This document shows, piece after piece, positions 39,201 through 51,689 of a stretch of DNA of 64,000 nucleotides. The notes under the pieces were generated by a model. That model had not been told where the DNA came from. It did no database searches and was given only the letters and a program-made list of their open reading frames with translations. Position 1 is the first letter of the stretch. Every line of letters begins with the position of its first letter. The position numbers were made by a program, and so were the translations under genes. This DNA comes from Malacoraja senta (taxonomy: Eukaryota): NCBI GenBank assembly GCA_038087875.1, contig CM075994.1, positions 5,334,001 to 5,398,000 on the forward strand. Reading direction: 5' to 3'.

Positions 39201-40203
39201 AAACCCACCACCACTTATTCTCTGTTTATTATCTTTTTCTTCTTTCTCCCCTACATTTTGGCTCAGAGTGCTTCCCTTCTCTGCCTCCTGCCTCCCACAT
39301 TTTCCACTAGCTTTCTCTATTTGAGTCCCTCCCCCCCAACCGTTCTAGTTTAAAGTCTCCCCAGTAGCCTTTGCAAATCTCCCCGCCAGGATATTGGTCC
39401 CCCTCGGGTTCAAGTGCAACCCGTCCTTTCTGTACAGGTCACTCCTTCCCCAAAATAAGTCCCAATGATCCAGAAATTTGAATCCCTGCCCGCTGCACCA
39501 GTTCCTCAGCCACGCATTTATCCTCCACCACACTCCATTCCTACTCTCACCGTCACGTGGCACAGGTAGTAATCCTGAGATTGTTACCTTTGTAGACCTT
39601 CTCCTTAACTCTCCTCCCAACTCCTTAAATTCTCCTTTCAAGACCTCTTCTCTTTTTCTACCTATGTCATTGGTACCTATATGTACCACAACCTCAGGCT
39701 CCTCTCCCTCCGATTTCAGGATATCTTGGACGCGTTCAGACACATCCCTGACGCTGGCACCAGGGATGCAAACTACCATTCGGGTCTCCTGACTGCGTGC
39801 ACAGAATCGCCTATCCGACCCCCTAACCATAGAGTCCCCTATTACTATTGCCCTCCTCTTCTTTTCCCTACCCTTCTGAGCAATAGGGCTGGTCTCTGTG
39901 CCGGAGGCCCGGCCGCTGTTGCTACCCGCAGGAAGGCTGCCCCCCTCAACAGTACTCAAACAGGAGTACTTATTTTCAAGGTGTACAGCCACCGGGGTAC
40001 TCACTAGTCCCTGCCTCTGCCCCTTGACCTTCCTAACCGTGACCCACTTGTCTGCCTCCCGTGGTCTTGGAGTGGCCACCTCCCTATAACTCTTTTCTAT
40101 GACCTCCTCACTCTCCCTGATCAGATAGAGGTCATCGAGCTGCTGCTCCAGGTTCCTAACACGGTCCCTTAGGAACCCCATCTCTACGCACCTGACACAG
40201 ATA
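36277..40203 (-). mobile_element. Young, near full-length CR1 (ORF1 39345-40181; ORF2 frameshifted), nested in a short + strand CR1 tail (36166-36277 / 40204-40330)
   Basis: AIVIGDSMVRG; EN 38271-39158; RT YMDFSKAFD, YADDTKI; (GTTATATG)n tail. Confidence 0.92.
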
Positions 40204-43200
40204 TGGGGAGAAGTCAGGCACGGTTTAATGATTGGGGCCGATCAGCCATGATCACAATGAATGGCGGTGATGACGCGAAGGGCCCTATGGCCTCCGCCTG
40301 CATCTAATGTCTATGTTTCTATGTTTCTCTATTTCCCACCACCGAAGTCAGGCTAACTGTTCTGTAATGCCTCGTTTTCTCTCTCGCTCCTTTCTTGAAA
40401 AGTGGGATAACATTAGGTATCTTCTAATCCACAGGAACTCATCCAGAATCTATTGAACATTGGAAAATGATCACCAGTGCGTCCACTATTTATAGAACCA
40501 CCCCCTTGAATACCCTGGGATGCAGACCATCCGGCCCATGGGATTTATCATCCTTTAATCCCATTAGCTTACTCAATGCAATTTCTCTCCGTATGAAAAT
40601 GTATTTCTGTTCCTCTACCCCCTTAGACCCTCTGTCATACAGTACATCTGGGAGATTGCTTGTGTATCCCTTGGTGAAGATAGGTCCGAAGTACCCGTTC
40701 AACTCTTCTGCCATTCCTTGTTACCCATAATAATTTCACCCGTGTCTGCCTTCAAGGGACCCACATTTGTCTTTGCTTCTCTTTTTCCCTTATCATATCT
40801 AAAGAAGATTTTACTCTCCTGCTTTATATTCCCGGCCAACTTCCCCTCGTACTTCATCTTTTCAGCCCGTATTGCCCGTTTAGATTCCTTCTGTTGTCCT
40901 ATGAAAGTTTCCCAATCCTCTAGCTTACGGCTACTCTTTGCTGCGTTATACATATTTTCTATTAATTTTATTCTATCACTAACTTCTCTTGTCAGCCACG
41001 GTTGCCTTCTACTCCCCTTGGAATATTTCGTCCTTTTTGGAATGAATTGATCCTTCGTCTTCCGGATTATACCCATAAATCCCTGCTATTGCTGTTCCAC
41101 CGTCATTCCTGTTTGGATCCCTTTCCAGTCGACCTTGGCCAGCTCATCTCTCATGCCTTTCTTAGTCCCCTTTGTTCAACTGCATTACTGACACTTCCGA
41201 TTTAACCTTCTCCTTACCAAATTGCTGATTAAAACTAATCATATTATGATCACGACCTCAAAGCGGTTCCTTTACCTCGAGTTCTCTTATCAAATCTGGT
41301 CCATTGGAAAACACTAAATCCAGAATTGCCTAATCTCTGGTCGGCTCCATTACAAGCTGCTCTAAGAATCGATCTCGGAGGCACTCTACAAACACTCTTT
41401 CTTGGTGTCAAGAACCAACCTTATTTTCCCAGTCTACCTGCATGTTGAAATCGCCCATCACCACAGTGGCATTACCTTTGTTACATGTCAGTTTTAACTC
41501 CTGCTGCAACCTACACCCTACATCCGGGCTACTATTTGGGGTTCTGTAAATTACACCAATTAGTGTCTTCTTGCCTTTACAATTCCTCTACTCAATCCAC
41601 ATTGACTCTACTTCGTCAGTCCCTATGTCTTCCCTCGCAAGGGTCTGAGTTCCATCCCTCACCAGCAGAGCTACCCCCCACCCCCCACCTCTGCCCACTT
41701 GCGTGTCGTTTCTATAGGATGTATATCCCTGAATATTAAGTTCCCAGGCCCTATACTCCTCCAGCCACGTCTCGGTAATCTCCACAATGTCATATCTACC
41801 AATATCTAACTAAGCCTCAACCTCATCTACTTTACTTCTTATACTTCGCTATCATAAACAATACTTAATTCCTTACGCATATCATCTTTCACATCGATCC
41901 CTATTACACTTGGCCATACTACCTATCCCTTTGCGAGCTTTCGTTCCCGTTAATTCTTGGGTCATTGGCTATTCCTTTACTCTCTTTTCCTTTAACTCCC
42001 TCCTTGACTATCCCATTTGACCCCCTCCCTTATTTAGTTTAAAACCACCTGTGTGGCAGTGGCAAACCTGCCTGCCAGAATGCTAGTCCCACACCTGTAA
42101 AGGTGCAATCCGTCCCTTTGTACAGCTCCCCTTACTCCAACACAGACCCCAGTGGTCTAATAATCGAAAGCCCTGCCCCCTGCACCAATTCCTCAGCGTC
42201 ACATTCAGGTCCTGTATATCCCTGTTCCTGCCCTCGCCAGCACGAGGAACTGGAAGCAAACCGGAGATAACCACACTGGAGGTCCTGCTTTTCAGCATTT
42301 TTCCGTGCTCTCTAAAGTCACGCTGCAGAATATTCATCCCCTTCTTTCTGACATCGTTTGTGCCGACATGCACTATCACATCCGGCTGTTCACCTTCGCC
42401 CTTGTGGATTTTCTCCACTCTGTCCGTGATATCCTGGATCCTGGCACCAGGAAGGCAGCGCACTATCCTCGAATCCCGTCTGTTGCCGCAGAAACCACTG
42501 TCCGTACCTCTCACAATGGAGTCTCCAACCAGCACTGCGTTGCCTGACGTCGGCCTCTTTGGTTTTGGCTCAACAGCATGTTTTGCTTCGCAAGCCAGTC
42601 CGCCGCTCAGTGTGTTAACGTCTTCTGTCCCGACAGCTTCTAAGTGGATGAACATGTTCTCACGAAGCACAACACTCTGTGACCTTTGCATTACATGTTT
42701 ACTTCCTTTTCTCACCGTCACCCACCTTCTCTCTTTCAGTACCTTAGGTGTAATAACCTTACTGTATGACTTGTCGAGGAACGACACCGATTCTCGGACG
42801 AACCTGAGGTCATCCACTTGCTTCTCCAGTTCCCCAACATGGTCCTTCAGGAGCTGTACCCGGATGCACTTCTCACATTTGTAGCAGCCAGAGGCACCAG
42901 CGGTGTCCTTGACCTCCCACATCCAGCAAGCATCATACCGATTCAGCTTGCTTGATATATACACTTTCAATGCAGCTTCTTGTAATAGCATTGGCCCTCT
43001 CTCGAAGACACTGCATATTATCAGTTGGGAAATGCTGTCTATTTTTCTTTATCGTTCCTCATTCATTTTTTTCTAGAGGAAATAAACAAATCTACCCTTC
43101 CATTAGGACAAATCGGACTTTATTTTTCACACTAACTGCTATAAACTTGGACATTTATTTGTGCACTGCGGACGGCTTGATTGTATTGATGTTTCGCGCA

Positions 43201-45224
43201 TTCTTTGTCCAACACGCAAACAAACGCTTTTCACTATATCTCGACACACGTGGCAATAATAAATTAATTAAACTTAACACAGCGACAGAAATCATTTATA
43301 TTAACCTTCATTTTTCAAACGTAGAAGATCCTCTGCGGAAAGACAAGTGCAAATGTGAATATCAACAATGAGATTTTGCGAACGCCCAACCTAATGTAAA
43401 CATCTTGAACTTCAGTCTATTTTCAAACAAGGAAAAACACTGGAAAGGTGCCAAGATATTTTATAAGAATAGTTACAGAACGAAGAAAAATGCGGAAAGT
43501 AAAGTTTCGATAGGCTGAATGACAATTTTCTATTCAGCCGAAGACATGGTGTGCTGCAGAACATGGGCAGGTGAGCTTCCGGGACCGGCCCGATCTTCAG
43601 ACGTCATCTATTCAAGTAATCCAGCGATGTTGCCTGGCCTGCTAGTTATTTCAACAGTTTTTGTTTTGTTTTTTGTAATGGAGCATCTTCGGTTTCTTGT
43701 GTCTTCCTATTATTCAAGCGATTTGATTGCGTTCCGCCAATAAAGGTAGACATTGTGGTAAATTAACTCAATGGAAATCAATAACTCAATAGGAATTCAA
43801 AGGAAACATACTGGTCAAATGTCGTGGTTGACTTGCCCCGCATATCAAATGGTTATATGCGCTATCGTTACTACCCGCTACTCTCAAAGTTTCCACTCCA
43901 CTTACCTACTCTTTCGTCACCGCTCTGAACATACAGCCATTCGCTGAATCTGCGACAACCCTGATATATAGATTTATAAACCAGCCGACAAGGGAGGTGC
44001 AGTAGTAGTCTGGCGCACTGAACTCGACCGTGCTGAGGCAAGACTCTCAAACACATGCCCCACTTTCTCCTTGGACCATGTTCCCACAGACGAGCACTAA
44101 GCCTTAATCTTACACATCATTTCTAATTTCATGACTTCTGGCCGTCTGCATTCCACACCCTCCAACCTCATCGTTTCCCAGTCCCGCACAGCACGGTTTT
44201 GCCCTCTCCCCAAAATCTATAAACACAACTGCACTGACAGGACCATTGTTTCTCCCTGATCCTGTCGCACGGGAATGATATCAATGTACCTCAACTGCAA
44301 CCTAGCACCCCTGGTCAAATCTCTCTCGACCTATTTCCAAGATATTGCACATGCCCTTCGTCTCTTTAATGACGTCCGCTTTCGGACCCCCCATCTCACC
44401 CATTTTTACAATGGACGCTCACTCACTCTGGAGCTCCTTCCCCTACCAGGAAGGTCTTAAAGCCCTCCGTTTCTTCCTCGACCGCAGAACCATCCAATTT
44501 CCACCAACTGACAGTCTCTACTGAGTGGAGCTGATCCTAATACTCAACAATTCCTCCGTCGATTCATCCCAGTTCCTGAAAGGCGTATATTTGGACACCC
44601 GCATGGGCCCCAGCTATGACTTCTCTTTGTAGGTTAAGTTGAACAGTCCCTGTTCCAGGCGTAAATTTGCAGTATCCCCTAACTCTATTTCCGATACGTT
44701 TAAAACTGCATCTGTGCAACTTCTTGCACCCAGCACATCTCATGGACTTCATGAACTTCATCACGAATTTTCATTGTGCACTCAAATTTACTTGGACCAT
44801 CCCAGACACAGCCCTCTACTTTCTTGATCCCTCAGTCTCCATCACAGGTAATAGACTAACGACTGACGTCTATTACAAACCCACTGACGACCACAACCAT
44901 CTCGACAGCAACTCTTCCACCCAGCTTCCTGCAAAGACTCTATCCATACTTCCAATTCTTCCGTCTACGTCGCAGTAGCGCCCAAGATGATGTGTTGCAT
45001 GCCAGGACATCCGAGACGTCCTCCTTCTATAGGGAATGGGGGTTCCCTCACACGTATAAAATGAGGTCCTTACTCGTGCCTCCTCGGTACCCGGTAGTTC
45101 CGCACTTGCTCCCCGTCCCACTAGTCGCAACAGAGACAGAGTTCCATTAGTCATAACCTCCCACCCCATCAGCCATCGGATACAACACATAAAAAATACC
45201 AAATTTCCGCCGCTCCAACGGGAT

Positions 45225-45656
45225 AAAAGAATGAAACGACAGGGCTTGTACTCAATGGAATTTAGAAGGATGAAGGGGTTCTTATGAAATGATTAAGGGT
45301 TTGTACAAGCTAGACGCAGGAAACATGCTCCCGATGTTGGGGGAGGCCAGAACCACGGGTCGCAGTCTAAGAATAAGGTGTAGGCCATTTTGAACTAGGA
45401 TGAGGAAAAACGTTTTCACCCAGAGAGTTGTGAATTTCTGTAATCTTCTGCCTCAGAAGGCAGTGTAGGCCGACTCACTCGGTGCATTCAAAAGAGAGTT
45501 AGATATAGCTGTTACGAGTAACATAATCAAGGGATTCAGGGAAAAGGCAGGAACGGGATACTGAATGTGGATGATCACCCATGATCACATTGAATGGAGG
45601 TGCTTGCTTGAAGGGCCGCATGACCTACATTTGCAACTATTTTCAATGCTTATATG
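45225..45656 (+). mobile_element. CR1 3' fragment
   Basis: ggcttgtactcaatggaatttagaagg..cagagagttgtgaat plus CR1 3'UTR. Confidence 0.75.
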
Positions 45657-45658
45657 TA

Positions 45659-47056
45659 CAGTGGCTTGCAAATGTTTTCATACCCCTTGAACCTTTCCAC
45701 ATTTTGGCACGTTACAACCACAAACGTAAATGTATTGTATTGGGATTTTATGTGATAGACCAACACAAAGTGGTGCATAATTGTGAAGTGGAAGGAAAAT
45801 GATACATGGTCTTCAAATTGTTTTACAAATAAAAAGTATTCAGCACCCCTGAGTCAATACTTTGTAGAACCACCTTTCGCTGCAATTACAGCTGCAGGTC
45901 TTTTGAGGTATGTCTCTACCAGCTTTGCACATCTGGAGACTGAAATTCTTGCCCATTCTTCTTTGCAAAATAGCTCAAGCTCAGTCAGATTGGATGGAGA
46001 GCATTTGTGAACAGCAATTTTCAAATCGTGCCAGAGATTCTCAATTGGTCTGGACTTTGACTGGACCATTGTAACACATGAATATGCTTTGATCTAAACC
46101 ATTCCATTGTAGCTTTGGCTGTGTGTTTAGGGTCGCTGTCCTGCTGGAAGGTGAACCTCCGCCCCAGTCTCAAGTCTGTTGCAGACTCTAACAGGTTTTC
46201 TTCCAAGATTGCCCTGTATTTGGCTCCATCCATCTTCCCATCAACTCTGACCAGCTTCCCTGTCCCTGCTGAAGAAAAGCATCCCCACAGCATGATGCTG
46301 CCACCACCATGTTTCACAGTGGGGATGGTGTCTTCGGGGTGATGTGCAATGTTAGTCGTAGTGCACGACTAATAGTTGTCATGTGGACAGATTCTCCCAC
46401 CTGAGCTGTGGATCTCTGCAGCTCCTCTAGTGTTACCATGGGCCTCTTGGCTGCTTCTCTGATCAATGCTCTCCTTGCCCGGCCTATCAGTTTAGGTGGA
46501 CGGCCATGTCTTGGTAGGTTTGCAGTTGTGCCATACTCTTTCCATTTTCGGATGATGGATTGAACAGTGTTCCGTGAGATGTTCAAAGCTTGGGATATTT
46601 TTTTTATAAACTAACCCTGCTTTAAACTTCTCCACAACCTTATCCCTGACCTGTCTGGTGTGTTCCTTGGGCTTCATGAGCTGTTTGTTCACTAATGCTC
46701 TCTAACAAACCTCTGAGGCCTTCAAAGAACAGCTGTATTTATACTGAGATTAGATTACACACAAGTAGACTCTATTTACTAGTTAGGTGACTTCTGAAGG
46801 CAATTGGTTGTACTGGGTTTTATTTAGGGGTGTCAGAGTAAAGGGGGCTGACTACTTTTGCACGCGATACTTTTCAGTTTTTTTATTTGTAAAAATATTT
46901 GAAAACCATCTATCATTTTCCTTCCACTTCACAATTATGCGCCACTTTGTGTTGGTCTATCACATAAAATCCCAATAAAATACATTTACGTTTGTGGTTG
47001 TATCGTGACAAAATGTGGAAAGGTTCAAGGGGTATGAATACTTTTGCAAGCCACTG
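45659..47056 (-). mobile_element. Tc1 transposon (IR/DR type), internally deleted transposase 46677-45854
   Basis: ~200-bp TIRs starting CAGTGGCTTGCAAA; TA on both sides; [35 protein letters not shown]. Confidence 0.93.
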
Positions 47057-47392
47057 TATCTATGGATCCATTCACTATCCACAATTTCCCATCCCCATCC
47101 CTTTCATCCTTCCGCAGAGACCGTTCCCACCGCAACTCCCTGTTTAGCACATCCCTTTCCACCCAAACCAACCCTCCCCATGTTCCTTCCCCTGCAACAG
47201 CATAAGATGCCACACCTGTCGCTATACCTCCTCCCTAGACTCTGTCCAGGAACTCCGACAGTCATTTCCGGTTCTGTAGATGTTTACTTGCACATGCTAC
47301 ATACTCATGTACTGTATCCACTGTTCAAGATGTGGAGTCTGATACATCGGCGACACCAAACGTAGACTGGGCGATTGTTTCGTTGCACACAT

Positions 47393-50300
47393 AGAAACAT
47401 AGAAACATAGAAACATAGAAAATAGGTGCACGAGTAGGCCATTCGGCCCTTCGAGTCTGCACCGCCATTCAATATGATCATGGCTGATCATCCAACTAAG
47501 TATCCTGTACCTGTCTTCTCTCCATACCCCTTGATCCCTTTAGCCACAAGGGCCGCATCTAACTCCCTCTTAAATATAGCCAATGAACATGTCTCAACTA
47601 CCTTCTGTGGCAGATAGTTCCAGAGATTCACCACTCTCTGTATGAAAAATGTCCTAAATGATTTCCCCTTTATCCTTAAACTGTGGCTCCTTGTCCTGGA
47701 CTTCCCCAACATCGGGAACAATCTTCCTGCATCTAGCCTGTCCAACCCCTTAAGAATTTTGTAAGATTCTAAAAGATCCCCGCTCAATCTTATAAATTTT
47801 AGCGAGTACAAGCCGAGTCTATCCAGTCTTTCTTCATATGAAAGTCCTGACATCCCAGGAATCAGTCTGGTGAGCCTTATCTGTACTCCCTCTATGGCAA
47901 GAATGTCTTTCCTCAGATTTGGAGACCAAAACTGTACGGAATACTCCAGGTGTAGTCTCACCAAGACCCTGTACAACTGCAGTAGAACATCCCTGCTCCT
48001 ATACTCAAATCTTGTTGCTATGAATGCTAACATACCATTCGCTTTCTTCATTGCCTGCTGCATCTGCATGCCTACTTTCAATTACTGGTGTACCATGACA
48101 CCCAGGTCTCGTTGCATCTCCTCTTTTCCTAATCGGCCACCATATAGATAATTGACTACTTTCCTGTTTTTGCCACCAAGGTGGATAAGCTCACAATTAT
48201 CCACGTTATACTGCATTTGCCATGCATTTGCCCACAGACCCAGCCTATCCAAGTCACCTTGCAGCCTCCTAGCTAACACTGCCCACCTTGCAGCCTCACA
48301 GCTAACACTGCCCCCCAGCTTCGTGTCATCCGCAAACTTGGAGATGTTGCATTCAATTCCCTCGTCCAAATCATTAATATATATTGTAAATAGCTGGGGT
48401 CCCAGCACTGAACCTTGCTGTACCACACTAGTCACTGTCTGCCATTCTGAAAAGGGCCCGTTTACTCTTACTCTTTGCTTCCTGTTTGCCAACCAGATCT
48501 CTATCCACATCAATACTGAACCCCCAATACCGTGTGCTTTAAGTTTTTATACCAATCTCTTATGTGGGACCTTGTCGAAAGCCTTCTGAAAGTCCAGTTA
48601 TAACACGTCCACTTGTTCTCCCTTATCCACTCTACTAGGTACATCCTCGAAAAATTCTATAAGATTCGTCAGACATGATTTACCTTTCGTAAATCCATGC
48701 TGACTTTGTCCAATGATTTCACCACTTTCCAAATGTGCTGCGATCCCATCTTTAATAACTGACTCTAGCAGTTTCCCCTCTACCGATGTTACTAACTGGT
48801 CTGTAATTCCCCGTTTTCTCTCTCCCTCCCTTTTTAAAAAAGTGGGGTTGCATTAGCAACCCTCCAATCCTCAGGAACTACTCCAGATTCTAAGGAGTTT
48901 TGAAAAATTATCACTAATGCATCCACTATTTCTGGGGCTACTTCCTTATGTATTCTGGGATGCAGCCTATCTGGCCCTGGGGAGTTATCGACCTTTAATC
49001 CATTCAATGTACCTAACACCACTTCCCGGATAACCTGGATTGCACTCAGTTCCTCCATTTGACCCGCGGTCCCCTGCTATTTCCGGCAGATTATTTATGA
49101 CTTCCTCAGTGAAGACAGAACCAAAGTAGTTATTCAATTGGTCTGCCATGTCCTTGTTCCCCATGATCAATTCACCTGTTTCTGACTGCAAGGGACCTAC
49201 ATTTGTTTTAACAAATCTCTTTTTCATCACATATCTATACAAAACTTTTGCAGTCAGTTTTTATGCTCCCTGCCAGTTTTTTTCATAATCTATTTTGCCT
49301 TTCCTAATTAAGCCCTTTGTCCTCCTCTGCTGGACTGAATTTCTCCCAGTAGGCTGTTTTTCTGGCTAATTTCTACGCTTCATCTTTTGTTTTGATACTA
49401 TCCCTGATTTCCCTTGTTATCCACGGATGCAATACCTTCCCTGATTTATTATTTTGCCAAACTGGGATGAACAATTGTTGTAGTTCATCCATGCAGTCTT
49501 TAAATGCCTTCCATTGCATATCCACCGTCAACCCTTTAAGAATCATTTTCCAGTCAATCTTGGCCAATTCACGTCTCATACCCTCAAAGTTACTTTTCTT
49601 TAAGTTCAGAACCCTTGTTTCAGAATTAACAATGTCACACTCCATCCTAATGAAGAACTCAACCACATTATGGTCACTCTTGCCCAAGCGGCCACGCACA
49701 ACAAGACTGCTAACTAACCATTCCTCATTACTCAATACCCAGTCTAGAATAGCCTGCTCTCTCGTTGGTTCCTCCACATGTTGGTTTAGAAAACTATCCC
49801 GCATACATTCCAAAAAATCCTCTTCCTCAGCATCCCTGCCAATTTGATTCACCCAATCTATATGTAGATTGAAGTCACCCATCATAACAGTTTTACCTTT
49901 GTTGCACGCATTTCTAATTTCCTGTTTGATGCCATCCCCAACTCCACCACTACTGTTAGGTGGCCTGTACACAACACCCACAAGTGTTTTCTGCCCATTA
50001 GTGTTTCGTATCTCTACCCATATCGATTCCACATCCTCCAAGCTAATGTCCTTCCTTTCCAATGCGTCAATCTCCTCTCTAACCAGCAACGCTACCCCAC
50101 CTCCTTTTCCCTTCAGTCTATCCCTCCTGAATATTGAATATCCCTGGATGTTCAGCTCCCAGCCTTGCGCACCCTGGAGCCATGTCTCCGTGATCCCAAC
50201 TATATCATAATCATTAATAGCTATCTGCACATTCAACTCATCTATCTTATTACAAATGCTCCTTGCATTGAGACACAAAGCCCTTACCCCTTATCCAATT

Positions 50301-50655
50301 TTGCAATTTTTGATTTTGCCCTGGATTTGTCTGCCTGCCACTTTTACTTTTCACCTTGCTACCTATTGCTTCTACCCTCATTTTACACCCCTCTGTCTCT
50401 CTGCTCACACATTTAAGAAACCCACCACCTCTTATTATCTGTATATTATTTTTGCTTCTTTTCCCCTACATGTTGGGTCTGAGTGCTTCCATTCTCTGCC
50501 TCCTGCCTCTCACACTGTCTACTAGCTTTCTCTATTTGAGTCCCTCCCCCCAACCGTTCTAGTTTAAAGTCTCCGCAGTAGCCTTTGCAAATCTCCCTGC
50601 CAGGATATTGGTCCCCCTCGGGTTCAAGTGCACCCGTCCTTTTTGTACAGGTCAC
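47393..50655 (-). mobile_element. CR1 LINE (EN 49373-50278, RT 47488-48700)
   Basis: (TTTCTATG)n tail; [24 protein letters not shown]. Confidence 0.9.
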
Positions 50656-51689
50656 ACCTTTACAGAGTGCCTGAACCTAGCTGAACTCCTGGTGGCAAAA
50701 CACTTTAATTCGCCAGCCCATTCCCACACAGGAGTTTATGTCCACGGTCTCCTCCATGGCCAGAGTGAGGCTAACGCAAATTGGAGGAATAGCATCTCAT
50801 ATTTCGGTTGGGCAGCTGACAGCTCAGTGATACGAATGTTGTTTTCTTTCACTTCAGTTATCCCGGTATTCCCTCTCTCCCTATCCCTTCCCCCACCCAT
50901 GTCGTACTAGGTTCTCGTTTTCTCCTAATAAACAGCAAACAACGGCCTGTTTGCTATATCATCGTTACTTTTTTCATATATTTTATTCAATGATTTATTT
51001 AATTCTCTACATCATCGTCTAGAGAATTAAACTAAACGATCTATACTAAACTGGTCTGCTGCAGAGATATCGCGGTACTGTCTAACTTCTCTTTTCCCAA
51101 TCTAGAATATATCTTTATACATTGCGAACCATTTTGTTCTGCGAGGGAATTTACATATTTTGTTCACGCGCGAGTTTACATCCCGCCTCCCAAGTCCGCG
51201 TACGTGAGGCGCAAACGCATCTCGCTGACCGGGTAATGATGATAAAGAGTGATTTCCTGGTCTCCATGGTCAATGCCTTGGGGGGACTTTAACAAGTAAC
51301 AACACTAACCTCGGTCGAGAACTTCCAAAGTACAGACTTCATGTTACCTGCCCTACCAGAGGGGAGAGCATATCCGATCAAAGTTACATTTCAATCAAGA
51401 ACGTATATCTCTCTGTTTCCCTGGCGGAACTGGGTCTCTCTTATCATTGTCTACCTTATTCCGACCTACAGGCCGAAATTAATATCTGCTAAGCCTGCGG
51501 TCAGAACAATGAAAAGGTGGACAAGCGGGGGCATTGAACCCATGCAGTCCTGCGAAAAAGCAAAATAACCGAAATCCCGCCCGCTTAGACGTTATGTCCG
51601 TTATTTGCCTTTTCGGCGTCGAGTCCGTTCGTTTATTTTGCTTTTCCGCGTCGCGTCTGTTCGGTTATTTGGCTTTTAGGTGTCGTGTC

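Larger units (their letters stand above)
34068..42955 (-). mobile_element. One CR1 fragmented into 34068-34450, 36068-36165 and 40331-42955 (ORF1 42083-42991)
   Basis: Pieces join in register across the insertions; RT, EN and esterase motifs (VLVGDSIVRG, VHVGTND). Confidence 0.82.
43960..50910 (+). mobile_element. Old Penelope element fragmented into 43960-45220, 47060-47390 and 50660-50910
   Basis: KPADKGGAVVV, LPKIYK, TRMGPSY, TDVYYKPTD, YIGDTKRRLGDCF, LLVAKHFNSPAHSH. Confidence 0.75.
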
